From positions 26,044,851 through 26,108,850 of the forward strand of contig CM119266.1 in the NCBI GenBank assembly GCA_051294375.1: a stretch of 64,000 nt of DNA, in the 5' to 3' direction. This document shows positions 14,333 to 27,310 of the stretch, one piece after another; position 1 is the first letter of the stretch, and every line of letters begins with the position of its first letter. Made by a program: the position numbers and the translations under genes. Origin of the DNA: Paraspadella gotoi. Taxonomy: Eukaryota > Animalia > Chaetognatha. The notes under the pieces were generated by a model, which had not been told where the DNA came from, searched no databases, and was given only the letters and a program-made list of their open reading frames with translations.

Positions 14333-15525
14333 TCGATTCGAAGATGGAGCAGATAAGAGGGATAGAGAGGGAGAGAGTGAACTGTCGGTAACTCTGAAAG
14401 GAAATCGTTGTTGTTCGTCGGACAAAAAATGATAAACAAATCTTTGAGTCTGAAAAAAAAAAATTGCGAGGAAAGAATTCAGAAAATCGATTCGAGTTTC
14501 GATTGCGTGGAATTTCGTGTTTGGCCGGAGGGGCTAAGGTTGCTGGAAAAAAGGGTAGGGTTCTAGGACAGTGCTGCTGGGGGGCTGACCGGTGAAGAGA
14601 AAGTCCCGGGTGAGGCCCCGGGTTTCAGCGAGAACGGGTTTTGGTCGGGGGGAGCGTTCGGTTGAAGACGGGAAGAGGGAAAAGACTTAAATGAAACGAA
14701 GGTTAAGTTCCGAGAAATTCCGATCGATTTGGAAAAAGGGGCGTCTCGAGATGACCCAGAGGGCCGGAGATGACCCAGAGGGCACACGACGGAATTTTGG
14801 TTACAATTTTTATCGGCGGATACGTGTTGGAAGAGAGATTAGCTCAATCGAGATAATGCTTATAAACTGATAAAGTCGCTTGGTTTGGGTTAAGGGTGAA
14901 AGAAAGGTTTTTTGGCCCAATTATCCCTAAATTACGCTCCTCTCGAGTTTGGCTGACGAATCCGGGCGGTAAAGCTTGCTCTCATTGGAAAAAAAGAAAC
15001 CTCAGAAAGCGGAAACTTGATCAAATCACTAAAAAACTATAAAATCACTAAAAAACTAAAAAACGATAAAAAAAATAGAGAAAATGATTTTATCAACACA
15101 ATATTTTTGAGAATTCTGGTCACGCGGCTTTCCAGAGGGCGACGTTCCTGTTGTTCTGGTCTCAGAAGCGACGTCAGGATCTTAAAATAGTATTTTTAAT
15201 CGCGCTTCTAACCTGATTTAAACTTCTGATTTGAGATCAGAGACGTGGGCCCCGATGGGTGAGGTCGATCTGGAAGTGCACGTATCGGGGTCTCCGGCGT
15301 CAGGAAGAGCCAATAAAACCCATGTCATAGATCAGGTTTGTACAACTTTACAAATAAAATATGAAATAGTACTCAAAAATATTGTAACAATATTAATAAG
15401 AACAACGACTTGAAAAAAAATACACTTAAATCGTTCAAAACAGCGTAGGATTTTTGAAACCTTTTTATTCGTTTTATTTTAAATTCCTTGTGACTTGAAG
15501 AGTTCAAGTTTCAAACAAGGAGAGT

Positions 15526-15574
<49 letters not shown>

Positions 15575-17680
15575 TTCATTTCTTCCGCCCCCGATTAGGA
15601 GCCCCTCCTCTTCCTCTATTTACCGCTCGTCTTTCCCCCCCTTAACCTTTTACCTGATAAATTTCTCTCGCTCTCAGTCTTACTGTCTCACCGAACTACC
15701 TACTACCGACTCGGCGACCCAATTTCTGTTTTACTACTTCCTGGCGACATTAGTGCCACCTATTTGTGAGTTAGCAAGCCTCGCACGAATGCTCATTCGC
15801 GCGAGTTGCCCCCTATATGCGCAACTCGCTTTTTTTTCCTTTAAATTCGAAAGTAGAGACCCGGGAGTAATTTTATTTTTTTCCGGATTTTCAATGATTG
15901 GTTACGTTTCTGTTGATCTCCAACGCCCGATAGAAACGTCCATATTTGTAAATATATTCTCATTTACTAATATTTTTTTTCAACGCTTTAACCTTTTTCA
16001 GTTTTCTCTTATACAGTCCTGTGCAAAAAAAAAGAGGATACCCAAAAACATTTTGAAAATAAATCAAGTTAGATTTCTTTAAAATGAAAAGTAAATAATA
16101 TCCCTGGAAAAAAGAATTATTGGTATCAATTTGGTTAATACGTGGCTTTCTGTTATGAAGCAGTGATTTTTTAAAAGTAACTACTACCTTATAACTACTA
16201 AGTACTCAAACAGAATATCAGAGCATAAGAAAATTAAAATATTTTTAACCTCTAGTGTTTAATGTGCTGTAACTTTGGAATGACTGAACCAATTTTTTTT
16301 CAAGTTATGTATATTGATTTTTCTTTTAAAAGTCTTTATTTCCCATTCATAATTTTTTAGAAAACATAAATATAATACCAATAAATTAAGTTTAAAAAGT
16401 ATCTTCAGTTTTTAGCAGATCTTCCAAAATGTTTTTTGTAGTGACTAAAATGACAAATGTTTTTAACCACTTATCTTTCTGGAGATATAGCTCTTGAATG
16501 CTTGGTCCGATTTTCTTTTAACTTACATATATGCATTTCCTATTTCAAAATCTATATTTATCATTCATAATTTTTCATAATATGTGCGTAAAACGAACGC
16601 AACTTAAGTTTGAAGAGTGTCTTTTTTTGGCACAGGACTGTACTCCGTATATCTCCATTTTTCAACTTTCAAATATCTACTTTTTCTATTTGCTCTCTTC
16701 CTCCTTATCCCTCCTTAGATTTACTATATGCCTTGAATGCTCCAATTCCTTCACTTCCTATTTCTCCTCTTCCTCCTCTTCCTCCTCCCCATCCCTCTCT
16801 TTCTCTTCCCCCATTTCACAAATGGGCGTAAACCGTCGTTCCCACAAACTTCTCTTCCGATTTCGTTTGATGATCAGATTCGAAAAGTCTTCCTCCTCCT
16901 TTTTACCCCTGGCCCCTACGCCCCCGCACTCTTCTCCGTCTCCCCCCTCCCCCCGGGGCCCAATAAACCGTCGAAACAGCCGTCGAAGCGCATCCTAATT
17001 TCGGGACCACTGCGATACAACATTCCTGCGAATCACGAGAGTTGGTCAGCTTTTAGAACTCTCTCACGGACCTAGCAAATTCACTTTCCCTCTTCAGCTG
17101 TCAGTTCTGCAATCACTTTATATCACATCCCATCGGTCATCATCTTCGATACGGATCTTAAGACTTTAAGAAAGTGGTTTAGCTCAATCCGCCTCCCCCC
17201 AAAAAAACTTGTGCACTGGTTGTGCATTCCGTGAACAGCCGCATAATATACAAGGAACCGCTCTCTCAATAGAAGATATACGTTTGAAATGAGGGAAAGA
17301 AACAGAAATGAGATGGAAGAAAATCCGAGAAAATTGGTTTTTGACGATTGTCGGAAATTAATTGACAAAATAAATCACGGCTTCGTGTAAGAGAGTAAAA
17401 CAAAAGAAATTACTGAAACTGAAAGATATTTGAGTAATTCTTGTCAGTATACAAGAAAAGGGCGGTATTTTTTAGATAATAACTTGAGCCAAAAAGTTTT
17501 ACTTTTGTTACAAGATCAACCAACATGTTTTTTTCATCGCATCACACTAGACCACTGGTACTGTCGTCCGGTTAATAATCTACCATCAACATCAGCACAC
17601 TTCAGCACACCTTCATTAAAAAGATCCGTATCTTTCATCACCCTATCGCCATCACTCCTTTCTTTATCATCCAGCCTCAC

Positions 17681-17852
17681 TTGACGATGTTCTCGTGCTC
17701 CTCCAGCTTCCGCAGAGAGGCGATCTCCCTGATGGTAGAGAAGGGCATCCCCTCATCGGGCGAAGTCCGGATGCGCACCTTCTTCAGCGCCACTAGGGCT
17801 CCGCCGTTGCCGAGGTCACGCGCTTTGTACACCTCGCCGTACGCACCATGAC
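17681..17852 (-). CDS. CDK4/6: CDK4/6-like kinase, coding exon 2 (G-loop, VALKK, PFSTIRE helix)
   Basis: TTTTCAG acceptor and AA|GTGAGG donor. Encodes GHGAYGEVYKARDLGNGGALVALKKVRIRTSPDEGMPFSTIREIASLRKLEEHENIVK. GxGAYG and PFSTIRE (cf. PISTVRE/PLSTIRE) are typical of CDK4/6. Confidence 0.95.
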
Positions 17853-18195
17853 CTGAAAAGAAAGGTGAGGTGAAAATTGGGGCGATGATCATTGGTTACT
17901 GGCGACTTACCAAGATATACAAAACTACTTTGTTAAGTTTAATAAGCATATGACTGAAGGGCACGAGTTGGATCAAAATGGAGATAATTAATAATAATTA
18001 AACGAGGACTTCGTAGGATACATTGTATTATTTATTCATCTAAAATTACGTACGAAAACCTGATTCGCCGACTAACGAATAAAGAATTGAGAAGAAATCG
18101 GTTGAGGGTTCAGAGTTAAAAAAAAAGAAGGCCGGGCCTTAGGGTTGGGTTCATCTGCGATCTTGCGGCTTGGAAGTTTTCCTCTTTTTGTTGAG

Positions 18196-18252
<57 letters not shown>

Positions 18253-18255
18253 AGA

Positions 18256-18286
<31 letters not shown>

Positions 18287-18357
18287 CAGGTGCTGCTTCA
18301 GCGGTGAGTCGTCGCGAAATGAAGTAGGTTTTTAAGCGGAGATTTTAAGTCAAAGCA

Positions 18358-18392
<35 letters not shown>

Positions 18393-18533
18393 CTGTTATG
18401 CGATTTAAACGTCACACAAAAAAAAGGGACGTAACTGCGTTGATTGTTTTGACATTCTTCAACGCTGTCATTCTAGTTGGTTAACAACAAAATTCAAAAT
18501 AAAATACAATACTTCGTCTACCGAGATTAGTTT

Positions 18534-18597
<64 letters not shown>

Positions 18598-19731
18598 TGT
18601 TTTCCGTGGTCGGAAGCTGGAGACTTTTCTCCATCGACCACAGTCAAAACATCGAAATTCGAGATGGCGAAAAAATGACTTCGTTTTTGGGGTCAAATGG
18701 ATTCGGTTTACGAGGGAACGTGTTTTCGTTTTTCGAAGTAACCGGATCCGGGGGTACAAAGAGCTTCGGATGTCAAACGTAGCTTTTTGACTCGGTCGCT
18801 ACATGCGATATCGTCTCGTCTTTTCATTCGACATCGCGATTCAAATCGTAAAAATAAATGAAGGGGGGGTGGGTTACGTAATTGTAATCCAATCAAAGTC
18901 GGAAGTAGTTAAAAATTTAGTTAAATGAGAGTCTTGACAAAAAAAAAAACGAAAAGGAACTCGAGGGATTAATTAGAACAATATTAAAAAAAAGCGTTAA
19001 AGTGACTGATTTGTTAAAAATTGTTTTATTGGGTAATTTGTCCAAATATTTCTAAACACTACCATCCGTCATCGCGCGAGGCTAAAACCCCGGCCGCTTT
19101 TTTAAAAAAATATTTTCCTAAGTTTTCGACGAAAGAGAATTTAATTATAAAGTCAATTAAAAGGCATCGCTAGTGGTCTCGGTTCTGAGGGACAAGGGAA
19201 ATTGCAGACTCGGAAACTCTGAATATTGAAGAGCGGGAGAATATGAAACTTGGAAAATATATGGAAACTGGAAAAAGCCTCGCCAGCCTCGGTGACGGGA
19301 AGATTCGAAAACCAGTTGATGAAAGTAAAAAAATCCGTCGTGCTTGCTGCTTGGTATGAAATCTGCACAAGCTCCCTGGTAGTCAAACCTACATTTTTTT
19401 CTAAAGCTCAGCACCATAATGCGCCCAAGACTTGAATGTCAAACCTCCACATTTGACTGGTTGTTCAGTTTTTTGCTTTCTCCCTGTTCCTTTCCCTTGC
19501 TCTTTCATCTCCGTCTCGTTCTCTCTCTCATCCTCTCCCTCTCCCTCTGCCAAAAATAAAAAAATAAGTGTTGAGAGGCGAGGAAGCCAAAATATGAGGG
19601 GCCGCTGACATTCAAATATTTTTATTTAAACAAAGATGCGTTTCCTCATCGATGTCGTCGTCGTCGTCGTCATTTGTTAAGGAATGTCTTGAGAAAATGT
19701 TTAAGTTGAGGGCGTGAAGAAATAACTGCGG

Positions 19732-19826
<95 letters not shown>

Positions 19827-20412
19827 GGAGCTAAATCGATCGATCATTCGATCAATCTCTCAATCGTACAATTAAGTCTCGGCATCTTTCAACGGATTAG
19901 CCCCGTTCCAATCAGATTAAAACTCGCCAGTTTAAATAATATAATCCGAGAAACTTTTCGTTTTAGTAACCGGGTCCTTCTCATTTTTATTTTTTATTAA
20001 ATGTACTCGTCTCTTGCCTAAATATAATTTTTAGAAAACAAAAAAATGATGACCGAGGTTCGACACAATTGAAAGACAGTTAACGATACCGTCAGTCTCA
20101 AACGAAAAAAAAAATCGTGGCTTTAATTAACACTCCGCCTTTTAAAAGATAGGCGGCGACGTTTAAAGACGAGTCGGCAGCGAAACCGACGGGTAAGTCA
20201 CGGGTAAGTAGCGGGCGAGTATGGGTAATAACTTTAAAAGGGACTGCACATTGTGCACAATGAACATTGAATAAACTCGTTCTGTTAAAAATTTATGTTG
20301 TGCAAATAACTAAAATCAAAATTAAAAAAACTACAACGATTTCCCTTCCCTAAAAAGTTAACCCTCCCTAACGTGACCCAACCCTCAACTTAAAACAAAC
20401 AAAATAATTCAC

Positions 20413-20479
20413 CTATTTTGGAGACCTCTTCGTACTGATCCTCTCGACTCTCTTCGAAGTCCGCGGAAGAGCCGGCCAT
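20413..20479 (-). CDS. CDK4/6: CDK4/6-like kinase, coding exon 1 (MAGSSADFEESREDQYEEVSKI-G)
   Basis: Reverse strand reads ATG GCC GGC...TAC GAA GAG GTC TCC AAA ATA G|GTGAAT. The phase-1 junction with exon 2 rebuilds QYEEVSKIGHGAYG, matching the CDK4/6 N-terminus (CDK6 QYECVAEIGEGAYG). Not in the ORF track. Confidence 0.85.
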
Positions 20480-20700
20480 GACTTCTCGAAGAGGGCAAAG
20501 CTGGACGAAGGCCGGTATGCGGTCCTCGTTGTCCGCGGCGTAAACCCGGGATTTGGCCGCGGAAGGCGGGTCACGTGACTGGCCAGTTTTCGAGGGGCGA
20601 ATCGCGCGAGTGGCCAGTTTTCAGAGGGCGAGCCCCTTTCTTTTTATTATTTCTAACTGGCAGCGTCGTTGTCGTTGGTTTTCAGAGGCACAAAATTGCT
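20480..20700 (-). promoter_or_regulatory. GC/CpG-rich putative promoter/5'UTR of the CDK4/6-like gene
   Basis: Lies immediately upstream of the ATG. Contains palindromic GTCACGTGAC (20570-20579, E-box/CLEAR type) and a twice-repeated TGGCCAGTTTTC..GGGCGA motif (20580, 20611). Function inferred from position. Confidence 0.5.
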
Positions 20701-21560
20701 TTGACTTTTTCAGCCCCCCGCTTCCCCCGCCAGCTTTGAATACTTTTCTATTCCTTCCGTCCGTTCACGCTTGGCTTGAATCAGTGATTCTCTCTCCCTT
20801 TTTCACTTTAACAAAACCCAGAACAAAGGGAGGACGAAAAAAAGGCCGACGACGACGAAACGGGAAAAGCCCATCGAGGATCGAGGCGAAAGTGGCACGG
20901 TTCCATGGGCCCTCGAATTCATTGAGGCCAAGAAGAGATTTGGTACCAAGAAAATAAAAAAGTAGAGAAGACGACGTTGGTCGCGTTTGTCGTCAACAAT
21001 GTTGGGTTGTTTCTTGGTTCCACGGCTTTATCCTTCGCGAATTAAAATTAAAAAGGAGAAGGAATTTCGCAAAAAGTTTTTCTTTCGTTAGAAAAAACGA
21101 AATTGAAATGAAAAACCGTTGATCAATACACCATGAGAGTCGTTTGTTTTTATTTTTATTATCACTTTGTTATTTTTATTTTTGTTCGTTTTAGTTAGTG
21201 TTTAACAGCAAATGGTGGGTAAATTTTTCATAGCAAAAAAAAAATATTAGTATTTTTGTCCCGCTGGTTTGTCAGTTCAACTCTTTTTATTTTTGTTTCA
21301 ATTCGCCCATTAGACGATTTCGTAAAATCCTTCGGCGTTTAATTATCTACGGTTGGTTAATTAATTAGTTTAATAGTGATTTTTTTTTAAATTCTGTTCT
21401 TTTTTGCTTAGTTTTCTTCTTTTTTCGGACCCGAGCGACTTGAGTCGAGAATGTCGTCCTTCCTTTCTGATCTCCTCTCTCTCTCTTTTCGTTGAGAGAA
21501 AATCGTCGTCGTCGTCGTCGTTTTTGTTCGCTCTCTCTCTCTCTTCCTCTTTCTCAATTT

Positions 21561-21589
<29 letters not shown>

Positions 21590-21612
<23 letters not shown>

Positions 21613-22166
21613 TGAAAAGGGGGGAGGGACACGGGACAGAGAGAGATGTTTAAAAAAAGCCTATTGCGACTAACATGGGTCATTAATAATAAAGCCAGTT
21701 CGCGCACCGCCCTACCGAGACGATCCGGTTGTCAACTTGTTTCACTCTCCAACCAGGACGGCGAATTCCTCATAACCACTTATAAAAATAGTAATTAAAA
21801 CTACGTCACGCGCGTGCTCGCTGGGAGCGCGTCACAGGTCGCCAGGGGGGGGGAGGATAATCTATCGTTAAAACAATGAAAATGACGGCGGTCTTCGCGA
21901 GTTTAAAAAAAAAAGGAAATTTGACCGAGCGGAAGAAACAAAAAGATCATTTCACAATTAAATCTTTTACTACGTGACAATTGAGAGAAAAATCTTTCTC
22001 TTCCCACTGTCGGAGGACTTATACTTTGTGATCTTCTTCCTCTTGATTTCCCTCATCCTCCCCCGCAGCACATTTACCTCTCAGCTGCCGCGTCGACCAA
22101 GAAACTTTGCTCCTCTGCTGCTGGAATGGTATTCTGTGGGCAGCTGCTCGTTTTCTTGCTGCAGCT
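21590..22166. repeat. Second copy of the inverted duplicate (partner of 13690-14275)
   Basis: Direct reverse-complement match to 13690-14275. Confidence 0.9.
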
Positions 22167-22288
22167 AGAGTTCATCCCGTTCTTTTTTTTGTGAACCTTT
22201 CGCTATTAGTACTCAGGATAATATTAATTATATTTTTTATAGCGATTATAATTTTATATTTTAAACCTTTTTAAAAACATTGGTTTGT

Positions 22289-23273
22289 CGGCGATCCCGG
22301 AGTTGAATTTACTCTGAAGGCTTATAGGAAAACGAAGAGAAAGAAGAGGAAAAAATAAAGGTTTGTTTCTTTACGGAAAAGAAAATTTAAGACCGTAATA
22401 ACAATGATATTAAAAACGTTTTTAAGCTTTACGAGCTAAGGATTTCTTTTTAATTCTTTAAAAAATTTAATTATAATATTTTTTTTATTGCCTTTGATAG
22501 ATATTTATAAAATAAGTTTTTATTTGTGATAACCACGATCATTTAATAATTTGGATATGTTTTGGTTTTTGTTTTTTGAACCTTCATCAACCAGTTTTAA
22601 TAGTTTTAATAAATATTTGGATACTAACTTTGAAAGATAGAGAGAGAAGCAATTTTAACCTTGATATCTTTCACTCTCTCTGAATTATTAAATGACCATT
22701 GTAATCATAAATAAAAACTCTGTTACTTTGTAAATATTATTATTATATTTTTTATAAATTTATTAATATTTAAATATTATTTTTTGAAAGGTTAAATTAT
22801 TGTATACATAAGCCGAAACTTAATTTTAAATTTACCCTTAACTTACCTCTAACCCAAACTTACCCCTAACCTAAACTTACCTCTACCCCTAACTTACCCT
22901 TACCCCTAACTTACCCCTAACCCTAACTTACCCCTAACCTTAACTTACCCTTAACCCTAACTTACCCCTAACCCTAACTTACCCCTAACTTATTTTTAAC
23001 CTTAATTTATTTTTCTAGTTAACTTACACTTATTCTTAATTTATTCTTAACCATAATTTATTGTAACCATAATTTTTACCCAAATATATATTGGTTGTAT
23101 CAATTTCATATAAAAAAATATAAAATATTTAAAAAAAAAATGTTTATTCCCGAAATGTTATCCTCTTCCGTTCCATTTCGTTTCTCTTCTTTTTTCCATT
23201 AATTCTTTAAGAAAAAACTTATTCTTTGTTTTCCCATAGGCCTCTCAGAGGGCATTGTTCTCCAGGAATGCCG
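22289..23273. mobile_element. Non-autonomous DNA transposon/MITE-like element with ~50-bp imperfect TIRs and internal telomere-like repeats
   Basis: Left end CGGCGATCCCGGAGTTGAATTTACTCTGAAGGCTTATAGGAAAACGAAGA; reverse complement of right end CGGCATTCCTGGAGAACAATGCCCTCTGAGAGGCCTATGGGAAAACAAAGA. Flanks GTTTGT / ATTTGT may be an imperfect TSD. No coding capacity. Confidence 0.65.
22832..23000. repeat. Telomere-like minisatellite (CCCTAA-CTTAC-CCCTAA units)
   Basis: About ten degenerate ~17-nt units containing CCCTAA (TTAGGG on the minus strand). Confidence 0.85.
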
Positions 23274-23436
23274 ATTTGTCTATGGCTCCGGTTAGTTTCT
23301 TTTTCTCTATTTCTTTTTTTTAATTTATTTCATGGCTTTGTGACTATCAATTTTACTTTTACATGTCCAATCATTTAATCTTAAACGTACTTATTAATCC
23401 TTGAAATCTTTCTCAATTGATATTTTTATAGATTAT

Positions 23437-23678
23437 TGAAGAGACAGCAATTATTGATATGAGATAATGACAGAACCGTTCAATATAAGTACATTAAGCA
23501 GTCCCTGAGCTTCGGATCAGGCTGTAACCCCGTGTTACAGGCGGGTTAAGCGCCCCGTCCCTGTTATCTGCAAGGCGACCACCGAGTTAGAACCCCGGAC
23601 TTTTGTTTTGGGAGGCGAATGACTTGCCTCCAACACCAATGGCCGCTGATGAATGGTTTGTGGATTTTAGTCCACTAT
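23437..23678 (-). mobile_element. tRNA(Gly)-like SINE-type structured repeat, copy 1
   Basis: Minus strand 23646-23575 is a 72-nt tRNA-like unit: acceptor GCGGCCA/TGGTCGC, A-box-like TGGTGTTGGAGG, CT-CCC-AA loop, B-box-like GGTTCTAAC. Homologous to two copies at 45.5 and 45.9 kb. Confidence 0.7.
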
Positions 23679-25265
23679 ATTATATTACTTTTTCCTGCCT
23701 TAGTTTCTGCAATAAAACCCAATCAAATAGTTCACCTCAGATTAAGTCATTTCGACTTAACACATTTGTAACTTGCCGTCGTCACAAAGAAAAAAAAACT
23801 TGATCAGAACCGACAATCCTGCCAATCAGGATTCATCTGTCCAATCACGTCAGACTTTCGCTCTCAGCCGATCGGGACGATCGAATTCCTTTGTGCCTAC
23901 TGGAGTAAAAAAAAAGCTTTCTCCTTTCAAACTTCTTTCGAACTATCGGAACACTCTTAACACTCCCACTTAAGTGTGCTCTCTCAACTACGCCTTAACG
24001 ACGTCTTGACGACGGGCGGCGCCGAAACAGCCCGACCGCCACGGGGACCCTCGGAATCGTGGGTAACGTCCTCGTCGAGCCGAGACGGGTCGAGGCGGTT
24101 GGACCGACTTCATTGGAGGTCGTGGAAATTTGTCAAAATTGTATCTCTGGTTTAATATCAATTGGTATCTCTAGCCTATTGGTCTTCAAGCATAGTCACA
24201 ATTAGCATTATCTCTCTGTTCTTCCACTTGAATTTGATACGAGGGCGAGATATTTTATAGTAGAGAATTCGCAAATGCGGTTATGTCTGGGGAAAATTTA
24301 AAAAAAGAAACTACTAATTTTAAGGAATATTTGCAGAAATTTATTTCTCCTTTCTTGAGCCTTTTGGTTGAATAAAAATAAATAGTAAGGCGTAATGAAA
24401 GTTGCAGATCAAAATTCGAATAGTTGATCATGAACAGTCTTGTACTAAAAAACATTGATATATAAAAAAAATATTTTTTTATTTTTTAATTTTTGCATTA
24501 GTTCATATTTATACAGTAGCATCCGTCAAGAATTTCTGAGACTGAGACTATAACTGAGACTATAACTCGTGTATAAATGATAATTTGAAAGCGAGTTTTT
24601 GTCTTGTTATCGCGTACTACTATGACTACTCCCCCTTCAGTAAGCCATTGCTCTCCGATCAATTTTGGGACATTAGAACTTTTTGTAAAAATTTACTTCA
24701 GCCAGATTTGAACATAAAACCTTTTTGTAACGCTAAAAATTTTGTTCAAATTAAATTATATAAACCAGTAGGTTTGCTTTTAATTTTTTTGTGGGGATAC
24801 AAAAAATTCATTGATGTTAACAAAATAGCATTTTGTATAATGTAGAAGCCATCTGATTGAGAAACTGTGAACGATTATCAATTAAAAGGAAGAAAACGAG
24901 AATAGTTTTTACTTACTTAATGTTTAGAAAATAAAAAATAGACCATAGAAAATATTATAATTGTAAAATATTTTTTTCTTCGTTTTGAATGCAGATTCAA
25001 ATTCCTAATAACAAGTTGATAAAAGAAAATATAAGTCTTAATTAAAAAATAAGTTAGCTAAAAATGAAAAAAACTATGTTTTTTTAATACTAAAATTTAA
25101 TTATAGGTTAATTGTAATAGTTTTTTAGGATTTTGAACCACTTAATAAAATAATTTTTTAAAAAGAGTTATATTATGGCAACAACCGAGTTGTCTGTGAT
25201 GCCAATTGGGATAGGGTAGGTCACTGTTGGCTTTGTGAGCTTCCGACCCTCAGGGACGCCTCTAG

Positions 25266-25576
25266 TAAAGCGTAGCAAAAATATTAAAATCAGGTAGAAT
25301 CAAAATTCGAATAGTAGATCATGAACATGAACAAGTAGATCATGTAAACATTGATATTTAAATTTTTTTTTTTAAATTTCTCAATTTTTGCATATGCCCA
25401 TATTTATGCATAGTACTTACCATAGAAAAAATTAAAATTTTAAAATATATTTTTCTTATTTTTGAAAGCATATTCGAATTCCTCACAAAAAAATGTAGAC
25501 AGGTTCAAGCCTGTTCATGATCTACTATTCGAATTTTGATTCTACTTGATTTTAATATTTTTTTTTCTACGCTTTA
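25266..25576. mobile_element. Small fold-back MITE (~60-bp TIRs)
   Basis: TAAAGCGTAGCAAAAATATTAAAATCAGGTAGAATCAAAATTCGAATAGTAGATCATGAACA is mirrored at 25512-25576. A related partial copy lies at ~24405-24510. Confidence 0.7.
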
Positions 25577-26574
25577 ATAAATAGTCTACATTGTATTCAT
25601 TATGAATTCATTTCAGCTGTCACTTAATGCATTTTGAATGAAATAACTGTCGGTAACAATGAAGCCGAAAGCAATGATTTACCATATTGTCCTGATTTTA
25701 ATGTTTTGATATACCGTATATATGTGTACTTATGTTTATAATTGTTTATAACTGTCTATATTTCATATTCTTTTAGCAAGAGTCTAAGTCCCATTTCTCA
25801 GGAGGGGATAAAGTTGTTAATTTTCTGTCTTTGCTACGTAAATGAAGACGAATTGACAAGAGCCATTCATTAGTAAAGAATGTAGTCTAACAAGTGAATA
25901 AAAAAAATTAATTCGAGAGGACAAATTAGCTTTTTTCTATTGTAAGATTTTTAAAAAAATAATTAAATTAAAATTAACTAAAAAACGAGCTAACAATTTC
26001 AGATGGAAACAAAGAAACGCTTTTGCTTTTTTTTTTGTATTCACATTAACTACTTTTTCTTATCATTCAATTTAAAAATAAGTGTGAAACTACGATGAGG
26101 TAAACTCTAAAAATGCCATAAAATTCGACCATTACAATCAAAGCGTAATATAACATTTATTTAAAACTTCTTGATAGTAATTTATTACTAGTTAATCTCT
26201 AAAATTAATAGAATTGTGGCCGGTTTATCTTTCTCGAGATCGATTTTTTTGTGCCCAATTTTTTCTTGCTTAATCACAACCACTCTTCTCGAACATTCAC
26301 TGGAAATTTCCCACCCTTTTGCCCTCTTTCTATATCAATTTATATTTTATTAACCTTCAACTACAAGTTACACTTTACCTCTTTACGGCCGATCAAAGTT
26401 CGTTGCTCTTCGCATAATGCGCTTAAGTTCTTTTCTTTTTCTTTTTTTTACAATAATATCAGGCTGGTCTTGAATTCTTGCGGTTTTACATTTTGAAGGA
26501 ACAAGGAAAAAGGTTTTTCTCAAACACTTCTTTTAGATGGGGGCGTAGACGACCAGGGTTTTGGTTCAGAAATG

Positions 26575-27310
26575 TTTTAGTCGGATCTACTTTTTAGCAG
26601 ATCCCGACTCTATAATTCAATTTGTCTGTCCGCCCCCTCAATATAGTCATGTTATATCATATTATATCATGTCAGAACATCTAATTATGATAAACTATAC
26701 AAAAAAAATAATGTCCGTCTGTCCGTCTGTCTGCCTGTCCGTCCCACCTTAGCAAAAAACACCAATTACTCGTGATTGGATGGATGGATTGGAATGAAAT
26801 TTTGTGTGTGGGTAGGGAAGTGTGTTATTGAGCTGGATATGAAGTTTCGATGGAATCGTCTGAGTGGAAATGAGTTTAAATGGGAAAAACAAAAAAATAT
26901 ATTTCACTATTTGGATGGGGCGATTGACCTGAAATTTTTTATGTAGGTAGGAATGTATGTGATTAAGCTGAAAATCAATTTTCGATGGAATCGTTTTAGA
27001 GAAAATAAATTTAAATGGAAAAAAACAAAAAACCTGTTTCACTAATTGATTATGCTTTTTTTTATATTTATATTAAATGAAAATGCAAGATGTATTAATT
27101 AATCAAATAATTAATCAGTTACTTAATCAATTAGTCAATTAATTAATCAATAATTAATTAATCAGTCAATTAATCAAACAAAACAAACTTTTCGGATCAA
27201 AAATTAATCAAATTAATTAATTAATTAGATTAATTAATTTATTAACTTGAATTAATTAATTACCGATAATGATCGTGGGCAGATCCGACATTGTTTGCTC
27301 AAACTTGTTT
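26575..27310 (+). mobile_element. DINE-1/HINE-like non-autonomous Helentron derivative, copy 1
   Basis: T-rich 5' end, 5' subterminal IR TCGGATCTAC with nearby partner GCAGATCC, (GTCY)n microsatellite, internal tandem duplication, 3' subTIR GCAGATCCGA and short terminal hairpin GTTTGCTCAAAC. This is the known DINE-1/HINE layout. Confidence 0.7.

Noticed and set aside
22832-23000. True telomere or chromosome-fusion scar
   Set aside because: Units are degenerate 17-mers in one orientation and lie within a TIR-bounded element.
23575-23646. Functional tRNA-Gly(CCC) gene
   Set aside because: Anticodon and D stems do not pair properly, the T-loop is non-canonical, and it is embedded in a dispersed repeat with diverged copies.
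23640-23680. CTGATGA as a hammerhead ribozyme core (and twister/HDV-like motifs) in the tRNA-like repeat
   Set aside because: No GAAA follows the stem, copy 3 has CTGTTGA, and the required pseudoknot pairings could not be formed by eye.
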